Source: Takakia lepidozioides
Lineage: Eukaryota > Plantae > Bryophyta
Length of the DNA stretch: 64,000 nucleotides
Assembly (NCBI GenBank): GCA_030704615.1
Contig: CM060734.1
Span: 60,822,001 to 60,886,000, forward strand
Direction: 5' to 3'
Positions 24,356 through 35,137 of this stretch are shown here, in pieces. A program made the translations under genes and the position numbers. Every line of letters begins with the position of its first letter. The first letter of the stretch is position 1. A model generated the notes under the pieces. That model searched no databases, had not been told where the DNA came from, and saw only the letters and a list, made by a program, of their open reading frames with translations.

Positions 24356-25047
24356 TGTCGTGCGCATACATATCGCTACACAACTACATCGCTGTCCAAA
24401 ACCACACAACACATGTGCACACCACACACTAGTATACTACTAGTCCACCACTAGTCCAGCCACTAGTCCAACCACTAGGCTACAACTAGTCAGTCACTAG
24501 GCTGCCACTATGCTGCCCACTATGGCAGTCACTAGTCCACACAATGATAAAGAAGAAGAATACAAGCACGAGCTCACAAATCTGAAGCATAAACTCATGC
24601 ATATATAACCTCATCACTCAAATACAAGTCAAGCCAAGTGCACCCCACGCCATGGGGAATCCACACTACGGCGCCATAGCTAGGCGCGGTGAGGCTCAAC
24701 TCGAGAAAGATGAGCCTTCCGCGCTTGCCGTGAAGATAACCACTCCAGGGCCTAAATCTGCCTTGACCCCTGGATTGACACTTGGGCCAATCCCAAATGT
24801 CAATATGTAAAAGCTAGCTATTTCCTAGCTAGTTTCACACTAGTGGTAAAATAACTTGACAGCTGTCGTGCGCATACATATCGCTAACTACATCGCTATC
24901 AAAAACCACACAACACATGTGCACACCACACACTAGTATACCACTTGTCCACCACTAGTCCAGCCACTAGTCCAACCACTAGGCTACAACTAGTCAGTCA
25001 CTAGGCTGCCACTATGCTGCCCACTATGGCAGTCACTAGTCCACACA
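24356..25047 (-). repeat. Family B 3' terminal array (element sense Y1-GC-X2-T-Y2)
   Basis: Direct sequence match between copies; Y contains internal CCACTAG repeats. Confidence 0.95.
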
Positions 25048-25309
25048 ATCGCCCCCTAGCTGGTGCTTAGGTCCCTCTAAGTCCAGGTAGCCACAAGATG
25101 TGATAGTGACCATAGCCTCACTAAGTCCTCCACCACTATCCCTACTACACTCAACTCGATAGGTCAAGAGGCCGGGTGCAAGAGTTGCCCCATCGTTAGT
25201 CGCCATCTTGCAACCTGTGAACTTGAGCTTGGGATCTCATGTATTGACTCCTATGAGCTTGGCCTCCCATGTCTTGTTAGCTGCCTCCAGTCATGTCCAC
25301 TGCCACTAT

Positions 25310-25450
25310 CCCAAGCAGTGTGGACACAACCAATCTCCGTCAGGAACCTCTCAAGAGGTGGTGTCAAGCATCCCATATGCCAACCCCTTGAGCATCGATC
25401 ACACACCAGCATGGTGGCTGCCCCTTTGGCAGACCCACAGAGCATGCACC
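25310..25450 (-). pseudogene. PHD finger of family B
   Basis: RCMLCGSAKGAATMLVCDRCSRGWHMGCLTPPLE, then a frameshift to DGDWLCPHC. Confidence 0.88.
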
Positions 25451-26561
25451 TCAAACCTACAGGTACCACTGCCAAGTTTGGGTATTCAACTCTGCCATCG
25501 ACATTGGGAAGGTGACATGGCGCACAATTACGCACATGGTCCTTTAAGTCATGCCATCCCGACCCTCTAAGATCAGGACCCCTGAGGGCAACACCTCTCG
25601 AACCCTCAGAATAACACGCCCTGCAGTAACATCCAGAGTCGTAGGAGCAGTCTGCTGCAATAAACATAGTCACCAGGGCTAAACCTCCGAACCCCAGGAC
25701 GATATCCTCCACCACGTATAGTGGCATACCTCAACGTATCACGGTGCTGTGCAATGGCAAGGTTCTCAAAAGCCATGGGCATGACTTTCTTGAACAACTC
25801 TGCACGCTGATCATATGCACGTACCCACACATCCGGATCGTCAAGGTTAAGGACTTGAGCAGTGTCCCTACAAATGGGCAGGCAAATCCGGCTCTCGGCC
25901 AAAGAGAATGAAATATGGTGAGAAAAGAGGCAAGTGATGCTTTGTTTGCTGAACCTGTAGCCCATGGCTAACCAAGGAACCTGAAGATCCCAATCTCCTA
26001 GGTGTCCCTTCTGCAAGCCATACTTGCGCAAACCCCTCTTCACCGTCTGAACAACTCTCTCTGCTAAGCCATCAGCCTCAGGATGATCCGAGAAGTGGTG
26101 CGGTGGTCTATCAAGGCTTTATCACACAAAGCCTGAAACTCCCCCAAGAACTCTCTCCCTTGGTCCGTGAGTACCTCAGCTGGAGCACCAAATCGGCTAA
26201 GCACACGATCCAAGAATGCATACGCAGCCCCCTCACTAGCCTTGTCAGGCAATGGAACCAACTCAATCCACTTTGGAGAAGTGCTCCACCATCACCAACA
26301 CATATCTGTGGTGGCGCATAGTCAGTGACAACGGTTGCGAAGTCAAGACTCCATCTGTAGCCCAATCCCATGATGATTGGTAAAGGATGCAACTGTGTGT
26401 AGGGGCGTTGAATGAAGCACGCACCCTGTCACACCCATACACTTAGCCACGAACTGTTGCACCTTTGTATGCATACCACGCCACCAATACTGCCCCTGCA
26501 GTAAACTGTGAGTGCGTCGCACTCCAAAATGCCCAAACTCCTCATGGGCATGCCGCACTAA
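25451..26561 (-). pseudogene. Gypsy DDE integrase of family B
   Basis: HAHEEFGHFGVRRT, YRWSLDFA, RFGAPAEVLTDQGREF and KRGLRKYG. Confidence 0.92.
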
Positions 26562-26569
26562 GCCTATAA

Positions 26570-26950
26570 CGGGCTACGCCGGTGGCCCTGTGATTAGGGG
26601 CTGTGCCGGTGGCCTTTTTGGGCTGTTGACCGCCCGTGGCCTTTAGGGTTGTGATGGGTTTGTGAGGGGCTATGACAGCCGTGCCGAGGCCTTTGGGGCC
26701 TGATGGCCCACCGTGCTTGAGGCCTGTGGGGCTGTGACGGCTGTGACAGGTTGCCTGCAGCTGTGGCGGGCTGTGCCCTGGGCCATGTGAGCTGTGACAG
26801 GCTGTGGCGAGCTGTGGCAGCTGTGAAGTGCCTGTGGGACTGTGACGGCTGTGACCAGTGAGCTGTGTTGGTGTGCTGGTCTGTGGTGGCCCGTGTTGAC
26901 CTGTGGACGGCCTGTGCTGACTCGTGGAGGCACTGGTGGACTGCCTAAGG
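26570..26950. repeat. GC-rich CTGTG/GGCTGTGAC tandem repeats of the family B leader (remainder at 33039-33300)
   Basis: Low-complexity repeats, split by the inversion breakpoint. Confidence 0.8.
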
Positions 26951-27599
26951 ACTGGCATGTGGTCTTGAAGGCCGAATTTTGAAGCTCGTGGAGGGCGGTT
27001 TGAGGAGTATCTTCATGATATTCCCATAGTCATGCAAGTGAGGGAAGAGAGGAGAGGAAGAGTGTTGGGATGAGGGCATGCTGGGGTTAGGCATTGCTTT
27101 AGCTTCTCTTCCTGTAGTTTCCACCCTCTCATTAGGCCAAGACCTTTCCGTAGGTGGAGGCAAGAGCCAGTCCGGGTTTGGGCTGGGGTGTCCTTGCAGG
27201 AGCAACACCGTGGAGTTGTTTTGGTGTGGGGGAGTTGTCGTTCTGATTTCTTGTGTTTGGATCCCCTCCATACCTGCATGCTTGACTGCGCCATGCTAGT
27301 TTTGTGTGGGCGCTTGTTTTTTATAGGTGATTGGTCCGGATTTGATCACCGGCCAGTCCTAGAGCATGCTGTCGATGGTGAGGCTGGGGTGATGACCAGC
27401 CAGACCATCATTGTTTCTCTGTGGTGAGGTTGGAGGTGATGACCAGCCAACCATAGGAGTGCTTGCGGTGGATGCAGGTACAAGTGTAGGCTATGTTAGG
27501 AACTTAGTATTCCAAACCATAAGCCGCAACAAGTTCTCTACCCGGTTACCTTGTGGAGAGGGGATTAGGGACATGTTCATGACCGGTTGAGTGTCAACA

Positions 27600-29660
27600 C
27601 GGAGGTGCCACTAGTTGCTGGGGACAGTGCCGGTTCGAGCACTAGCGATACTAGTGGGTACACGAGACGAGGTGTGCGGTTTAGGCCACCTTCACCTCCT
27701 GTGTCTTCTACGGAAGGTTCTGATTCGGATTGTGAATCAGGATGACTCATACCGGCGGTGCAAGTTGTTTCTTTGCCATTGTTTGGGGACAAATGGAGGA
27801 GATGTATGGAGCTACCAAGGGGCCACGAAGGTACTCTGGGGCGGTGGGCACCATCGAGTTGGATGATTTTATCCAAGAGTTTGATAGTTGGTGTGATTTG
27901 CAGCAAATGCGCAATCCACAACTATTTACGCCTTTCATGGCATGGAAGGGGCTGTTTCAGCACCTTGAGGGGCCGCCTATGGATGATTACCATGAGTTCA
28001 GGCGGGGGCATGAGGTTGAGATCGAGGAGTGGAGGATGTACTGGTCACCCAACTATGTCTCCATCACTAGGGGCACTAGAGCCACGAGGGCAGTGGCTAC
28101 ACCTGCCGCTGCACCGGCAGCTTCAGCAAGTAGCAGTGGGACTGGTGGTACAGTAGCTACGACGTCCACCCAAGCCACTGCCGCACTAGCACTAGCACCC
28201 GTGCCTGCCTTCAACCCTGTTGTGGAGTTCTTCGAAGAGTTGAGAGGGAACTACCAAGAGGTGATGACAAAGAAGTTGCGGAGCTTGCAAGAGTTCCAAC
28301 GGAAGCCAACCAAGAGCTTGAGGGAGGCTTTCACTCGCATGAGGCGCTTGATAAATGTAACCCAAGGGGTTACGGAAGCTCAGGCAGTCCAATTTTGGTA
28401 TGGGATATTGGACAAGGAGCTGAGGAGAAGGGTGCGGGATGCAACTCTCCTACAAGCGGCCCAACCCACCTTAGCAAATGTGTTTTTGCTGGCAGAGCGA
28501 TAGACTCAACATGGTGGAGGAACGAGTGGTCACGGTGGGATTTGCTAAGGAGACACCACGGGGTAGTGGTGCTCCTAGCCAACCACTACCTCAACGTGCT
28601 CAAGGCAACAAGGGGGCTCAGGTGAAGCTCAGGGAAGGGCAGAGAGGACCTCAGATGCAGGGGTCTCTCCCTTCATTTGCTAGCCAACAACGGGCAGATG
28701 TGGTGTGCTGGACATGTGGAGGACCCCATGTCAAGAAGGATTGCCCAGAGGGAGGCAAAGGGCCGGCACATGCACAGCCTGCACACTTGCAGTGTGGGCA
28801 TTGTGGCAAGCACGGGCATGGAGAGGCCCAGTGTTATGGTTTGCATCCTGAGTTGCGCCCAGGCTAGTTCCAAGGGAACAATGGTGGCCGGGGGCGAGGT
28901 GGAGCAGCCCAGAGAGGACGAGGTGGCCAGCCACGAGGTGCAGGCTAAGGGCAAGCTCAACATGGCCAAGGATGCGGAGGTCAAGGTGTTGATCAAGGCA
29001 TGGCCAACCGGCTTCAGCAGCTGGAGCAGAGGCTTGCTGCCATGGCTACAGCTCAGGTGGTACCGGCTCTAAGGCCGGATGGTCCACCTCCTGCTCCTGA
29101 GGGAGGAGATATGGGAGGCATGGGATTCATGTGTGGAGCAACTACCACTAGTGCAGGTGGAGTCTGCTGCAGCCGTGACTCGAGAGCAGCACGAGTTCCT
29201 GAGCCACGAGGTGCAGAGGTGGAGTTGGATCCACAGCGTGGGGAGGCAAGCCGTCAGGCTAGGCTTCCTCAGTCATTCACATTGGCGGAGACAGTGTCGA
29301 CGCCATCCATGGCACCTAGTTCTCGCCCGACTGTTACCGAGGCGGAGGGTTACTATGCCATTGGGGAGAGCTACACGGGTAGCACCACTGCCTAGTGTCG
29401 CCAAGGCTACGGCAGCTAGTGTGCTGCTAGGAGCGGCCACATCTGTGTGCCAGGCTCCATTGTTCTCGGCTACCATGATTGCGACGCCGGGGGTAAGATC
29501 AGCTGAGGTGTTCAGGCTGGCAGCTACACTCTGTGAGAGTGGGGAGGTTACTTCATCTTCTGCAGAGAGACTAGGAGGTGTAGTGCCGGAGGGATCCTCG
29601 GATTTGAGGGTCAAGACTGCCACGGCGGCGCCATGGCAAGCTGCAGCTGCCAAGTTGATG
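27600..29660 (+). pseudogene. gag of family B (in the inverted segment)
   Basis: ORFs 27742, 28478, 29000 and 29079; zinc knuckles CWTCGGPHVKKDC and CGHCGKHGHGEAQC. Confidence 0.88.
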
Positions 29661-30100
29661 GAGCTGCCAGCTAGGTCAGCCATTGAGCGCGCCATGGTGA
29701 CACCTGGAGTTGTCATGTTAGACAACGAGGATGGCATTTTCTGTTTGAGTGGACCGGCAGGCAAGAGGTACCGGCCACTGCGGGTCTTGTTGGACTCGGG
29801 AGCTCAGCCACTGATGCTAGGCAGAGCTGCTATTGCAGGCTTGGGCCTCACGGAGGCGGATATAGAGCCTTGTCCTTTCCAGATACAGACGTCTCTGGGA
29901 GGATCGGAGGAAGCTCGGGGCATGACATGGCGTGAGTTGGCTATCAGACTACGGCCGGATCACCCTACAGATGGCTCAGTGATGTGAGCCAAGGCCATTG
30001 TGACAGACGCGGTCTCATATGATGTCCTGGTTGGTGGGCAGTGTTGTATCCCATGGGCTTCACCCTGGATTTTTGGGAGGAGTCAGCTTCCTATAGGCCT
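29661..30100 (+). pseudogene. Aspartic protease of family B
   Basis: RVLLDSGAQPLML. Confidence 0.85.
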
Positions 30101-30286
30101 GCATGGCAGTCAGGGGAGGGCCGGCGTGTGCAGCTCCCTGTGACATTCATAGGAGAAGTTGCGGTTGCCCAGCGAGGCAAGATGCCGACACTAGCAGCAT
30201 TCATAGCAGCAGTGAGTTGGCCTAGAGAGTTGTTTGAGGGCAACGCTCATTCAGAGGATGTACCACCTCCGGGAGAGTAGGATGAC

Positions 30287-31470
30287 ATGTATGGTATGGC
30301 GGAGTTGCCTACCATGGTTGCTCAGACTCCATTGTGGGGCACGAGCAAGGATTTGCAGCGGGATGCTGATCGACGGGTGCAACAAGCCTGGGTGGAGGCT
30401 TTTGTACCGTCAGGAGAGGAGGAGAGTGCGGGGATTGCACCAGAACCACCTCAATTGTCTCCATTGGACACCACACCTATTGTGTGGCAGTATCCGGATG
30501 AAGGCATTTGTCTTCTGGACTTGTTTGACGGGATCAGCACCGGATTGGCTGCTGTGTTACAGGCAGGTGTACGAATTCGGCGTTACCTGTATGTGGAGAG
30601 GGATGAGACTGCACGACGCGTTTCACTTCGCCATGTTGCTCAGTTGGTGCAGCGGTACCCTGAGTTGTTGTCGGTGTCTGCAATTCGTGGATATCAGCAG
30701 GCCTTGCCAGCAGACATTTTGTTACTGGGGGCGCAGGATTTGGAGTGGTTTGGCTCCATTGATCTGGTAGTGGCAGGTTGGCCCTGCCAAGGGCATTCAT
30801 CAGCCGGGCATGGCAATGGATTGCGAGACTCGAGGTCGGGTCTGTTTTGGGAGATGGTGCGGGTTTTGCGCCACTTGCAGCTTCATCAGCTGTATCTCCA
30901 GCATACATCTTGGAGAATGTGCCACTGATGGGCGATTCTCGGACCAGGGTGATGGCCAATGTGCATCAAGTCCGGTCGTGGCTTGGGTCAGCAGTGTTGC
31001 TAGATGCAGCTACAGTGGGGTCATGGGCTCATCGTCCACGGCTATGGTGGACTAACTTGATGCCACCCGCACTGCTCAAGCGTGCATTTGATGGGGTGCA
31101 GCGGCCAGCACATCTCACAGTGGATAACATTCTGGACACAAGGAGGCAGTCTCAGCGTGTGAGACACGATGACCGTTCGCCTTTGGCAGTGGTCAACAAG
31201 GTGGGTCAACCACGAGCAGCATTACCTACACTGCTCAGCTTCCCAGGATCGCATGCTTTCCGGGATAGTGGACCAGGCCTCCTGTGGGATGCTCAGTTGC
31301 AGCAGTTAGTAGAGCCTAATGCTGACGAGCATGAGCGGGCAATGGGTTTTACCACTGGTACCACGGCGGTGTCGTCTCTTTCTGAGGCATCACGTCGTCA
31401 AGTGTTGGGGCAAGCAATGGATCTCAATTGCTTGACCTGGATTATCAGCTTGGCTCTGGCTGAGCAATGC
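30287..31470 (+). pseudogene. Complete DNMT3-like C5 methyltransferase domain (one frameshift at ~30890)
   Basis: LLDLFDGISTG (I), YVERD (II), DLVVAGWPCQGHS (IV), GLRDSRSGLFWEM, YILENVP (VI), AHRPRLWWTN (VIII), EHERAMGF (IX) and RRQVLGQAMD (X). Confidence 0.93.
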
Positions 31471-31879
31471 AGAGTGCGGAGTACACTTCCCTCGATGGTC
31501 TCTCTGCCTACCGAGACGGTACAGATAGTGAGTGGGAGCGAGCATGTGAGGACCACAGGGTGCAGGTATCCATGGCACACGTGGGAGGTGCTCGAGGTTC
31601 AGAGGGAGTTGGCAGCCAAGGTAGCGATGAAAGATGAGATTGGGGATTTTTCTCGGGTGGAGGAAGTCCTTGAGGATGAGATGATGGGGCAGGATGAGCC
31701 TTGTCACTGGACTGAGCAGGTAGGGAGTACTGCTCAAGAGGTTGCAACATAGCAACCACTGGACGCGTCATCTACCTCTAAGCCCACTGGACTTAAGGTT
31801 GCAGTTACGGAGGACAATTGGGAGCCTGACATTGGACCCATTGTCACCGGAGGAGAGAGACGACGTATACGGCGGTTCC

Positions 31880-32815
31880 TGAGGGCTTACAGGAATTGCT
31901 TTGCTTTCAGTTTGAAGGACTTGGGAGCACTGAAGGTCAAGAGATCCATATTGAGTTGGCCACTGACACGCCAATCTTTCGAAGACCCTATAGATACAGT
32001 GACATGGAGAGTTCTTTGATTCAGATGAGGACTCAAGATCTCTGGGAGGCAGGTTTGGTGGAAGCTCTCTGGTGGAGAGTATGCTTCAGCCATAGTGATG
32101 CCAGCCAAGAAGGATGTCCTATGGCAATTGGACGGAGAGACGTATGTGCGGTGATTACCGGCGTGTAAATCGTCAGACCAAGTCCGATAAGTATGCCATG
32201 CAAACACCAGAGGAGATCTTTGATGCCATCGGGCATGCTAAGGCCTTTAGCACTTTGGATTTACGATCCGGATATCACCAGTTGCCAATCAAAGAGGCAG
32301 ACAAGCAGAAGACGACATTCTGGGGGATCAATGAGCACGGCAAGGATTGCCTATATCAGTGGCGGTTCTTACCATTTGGGCTTAAGAATGCTCCTGCAGA
32401 GTATCAGAGAGTCATGGATAGGATTCTAGCAGGGGTGGACTTTGCTCGGTGCTACATAGATGACATCATCATCTTTAGTGTTACGATGGATGAGCATGAG
32501 AGACACCTTCGGGTGGTATTGGAGCGCTTGAGAGCGCACAGATTGAAGTTGCATCCGGGGAAGTGCAAGATTTTTTCCACAACCAGATTCAGTATCTGGG
32601 TCACATGATATATCCTGGAGGATTGGGGATACAGCAGACTAAGGTAGAGGCTATTGCACAAATTCCACGCCCCACGGATGTGAGCCGAGTTCGAGCTTTC
32701 ATGGGGTTGGCAAACTATTATAGACGGTTTGTCAAGGGATTTAGTACCATTGCAAAGGCTCTAACCAAGCTGACCAAGGTGGACCAGGAGTGGCAGTGGG
32801 AAGATGAGCAGGAAC
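31880..32815 (+). pseudogene. Gypsy reverse transcriptase
   Basis: PIFRRPYRYS, RMCGDYRRVN, STLDLRSGYHQL, LPFGLKNAPA, CYIDDIIIFS, YLGH and FMGLANYYRRFV. Confidence 0.95.
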
Positions 32816-33779
32816 GACCCTGAGGCTAGTGATGAGCCAGGTGGTGCCAGAGATACACATGAGGATTCGGCTGTGTTGGACTACCTCCGCACGGGAGACA
32901 CGGCAGCCACTGTGACTGCCAGGGAGAGGGATCGGATCCTGCAACGAGCCAAGAGGTTCAAGTGGGAGGGATACCCTACTTCGAGTGTGGGAGGATGGTC
33001 GGGTGAGGATTGTGCCTCACCCCACACAGCGTGCACGGTCACAGCCCGTCACGACCCCGAAGGCCACCGACGCAGCCTGGCATAGCCCCTCGCAGCCCGT
33101 CACAGCCCTGAAGCCACCGGCACAGCCCTCACAGCCCCGTCACAGCCCCAAAGGCCTCAGGCACGGCCTGTCACACAGCCCCTCACAGCCCGTCACAGCC
33201 CCACAGGCCACTGGGCACAGCCTGTCACAGCCCCGCACAGCCCGTCACAGCCCCCAAGGCCACAAGGACAGCCCATCACAGCCCCATCCATGGCCGCTCT
33301 GGCAGTTTTAGTCATTTCTCCAAGGGGTTTAGCCACGCCAAGCTAGGATTTGTGTCTCTTGGACTCTAGGCTTCTTTCCACCGAGCTATGGCGGCTGTGA
33401 GGAAATCAGCAAGGTATTCTTGCTCTTTCGGCTCCCACACACCACCATAGTAACCCTAAGCCATGAGGTGGTTGCCACAAACCAAGCCTTCTTTCTGACT
33501 TAGCCTCCCCAAACACGCCACTAAACTCAATGGCAAACAACCAAGCCCTGCTGGTTCCCAGCCCTTGTGAGCACTCATTCAAGCACTCTCCTTGGCCATA
33601 GCATCCATCTTAGAGCCTATTCCAGCCCCCTACACCTGCTGCTTCAAGAGTTGCGCTCCCTTCAAGCTTGAAGTTGAAACCCCAACTCACATAGGCCCTA
33701 CAAGTGCTTTTGTTTCACTCCAAGTGGAAACCAGCCCTAGACCTTCCGTTCTAGCTCTCTAAAGCTTGAAAAACAAGAG

Positions 33780-34110
33780 CCTCAATGGGCTGAAGGCATG
33801 CTCCACACATGCCCCACTCTCACCATAAGAGAATCAGCTCCTTTGCTTCATTTCTAGCACTCACAAACCTGAAAATACAAGCTTCAGCAGACTGAAAGCA
33901 TGCTCCACATGCCCTACAGGGAAACTAGCCCCTTTCTTCCTTTCTTGCACTCCCACACCTGAAAGTGCAAGCCTTCACCAGGCTGATAGCATGCTCCACA
34001 CATGCATTGCCCTCACATAAGGGAAGTCAGCCCTTCCCTCTTCCTTGCTTGCCCTCCAAGCTTGAAGATGGAAGCTTCAATGAGCTGAATACATGCTCCA
34101 CACATGCAAC
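33780..34110. repeat. Tandem repeats of ~90-100 bp (GCATGCTCCACACATGC core) in the family B leader
   Basis: Four units at ~33797, 33898, 33990 and 34092. Confidence 0.75.
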
Positions 34111-34804
34111 CTCTTCACACAAGAGATATCAGCCCCCTATCTGGCTCCTTGGCTCCTTGATGCTCTCTAAGACAAGACTAAGCACTCCATAGCCTTTGCC
34201 AAGCTCCTGAAACCCTAAGGCTTACATTTCCAGCCACAAGACATTTCTCTTGTGGTGCAAGAGCTCTTCTTCCAAGCTCTGAAACCCTAGGTGCACATTC
34301 CATGGCCTTGCCGCATCTCTTAGCTCCTGTTCCAGCCCTGCTCTTGCCATGACAAGAGCCCTCTCAATGCTGAAGCTCGAGATTGAAACCCAATCTCACC
34401 ATACTCCACAAAGTGCACTGATTTGTCCCAAGCCAAATCAGCCCTTTCGCTTGGTCTTGCAATCCTTTACACAATGAAAGCTCGCATTCCCAAGTCCAGT
34501 TCTCAGCTTTGCACCAAAGCCACTATAACCTGCTCTTGACTGGTCCTCTTCCCAATCGTGCTTGCTCATGCATGTACACAATCTGAAACCATCAAGGTGC
34601 TCTGGAATTACCTGCAGCATGGTGCTTTCATCTCTTAAGCTGAAGATCGAATGCCAAGGTCTACCACCTCGTAACCCACATCGCCTCCGCTTCTAACAAC
34701 CAAGAGCTTCACGGTGCTCCTTGCATAACAACTTGGTTTCTCTCATTCTCAAGCAAAAACCACAAGTGCTACAACTAACTCGTATCTGGCACTCACAGAT
34801 ACGA

Positions 34805-34820
34805 GCTCATCTTTCTCGAG
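34805..34820 (-). promoter_or_regulatory. PBS-position 16-mer complementary to the inside of X (candidate self-priming site)
   Basis: GCTCATCTTTCTCGAG (34805-34820) is the exact reverse complement of CTCGAGAAAGATGAGC (34976-34991). Confidence 0.65.
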
Positions 34821-35137
34821 TGATAAAGAAGAAGAATACAAGCACGAGCTCACAAATCTGAAGCATAAACTCATGCATATATAACCTCATCACTCAAATA
34901 CAAGTCAAGCCAAGTGCACCCCACGCCATGGGGAATCCACACTACGGCGCCATAGCTAGGCGCGGTGAGGCTCAACTCGAGAAAGATGAGCCTTCCGCGC
35001 TTGCCGTGAAGATAACCACTCCAGGGCCTAAATCTGCCTTAACCCCTGGATTGACACTTGGGCCAATCCCAAATGTCAATATGTAAAAGCTAGCTATTTC
35101 CTAGCTAGTTTCACACTAGTGGTAAAATAACTTGACA
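34821..35137 (-). repeat. Family B repeat X1 (317 bp)
   Basis: Only one substitution seen relative to 24545-24861. Confidence 0.95.

Larger units (their letters stand above)
24356..35137 (-). mobile_element. Family B split-repeat Gypsy-type retrotransposon with DNMT and PHD domains (RNase H deleted; 6.5-kb internal inversion)
   Basis: TSD ATGG at 24352-24355 and 35138-35141. X1 34821-35137, X2 24545-24861, Y1 24864-25047, Y2 24356-24543. PPT 25050-25059 on the minus strand. Confidence 0.95.

Noticed and set aside
26542-26958. Ser/Thr/His/Pro-rich ORFs (also 32985-33311 and 7145-7627)
   Set aside because: These are translations of tandem leader repeats, not credible proteins.
24356-35137. 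DIRS/Ngaro tyrosine-recombinase element, suggested by split repeats plus a methyltransferase
   Set aside because: RT, RNase H and integrase are Gypsy-type with a DDE core. A TSD is present, no tyrosine recombinase motif was seen, and the methyltransferase is C5 (PC/ENV), not the adenine type found in DIRS.
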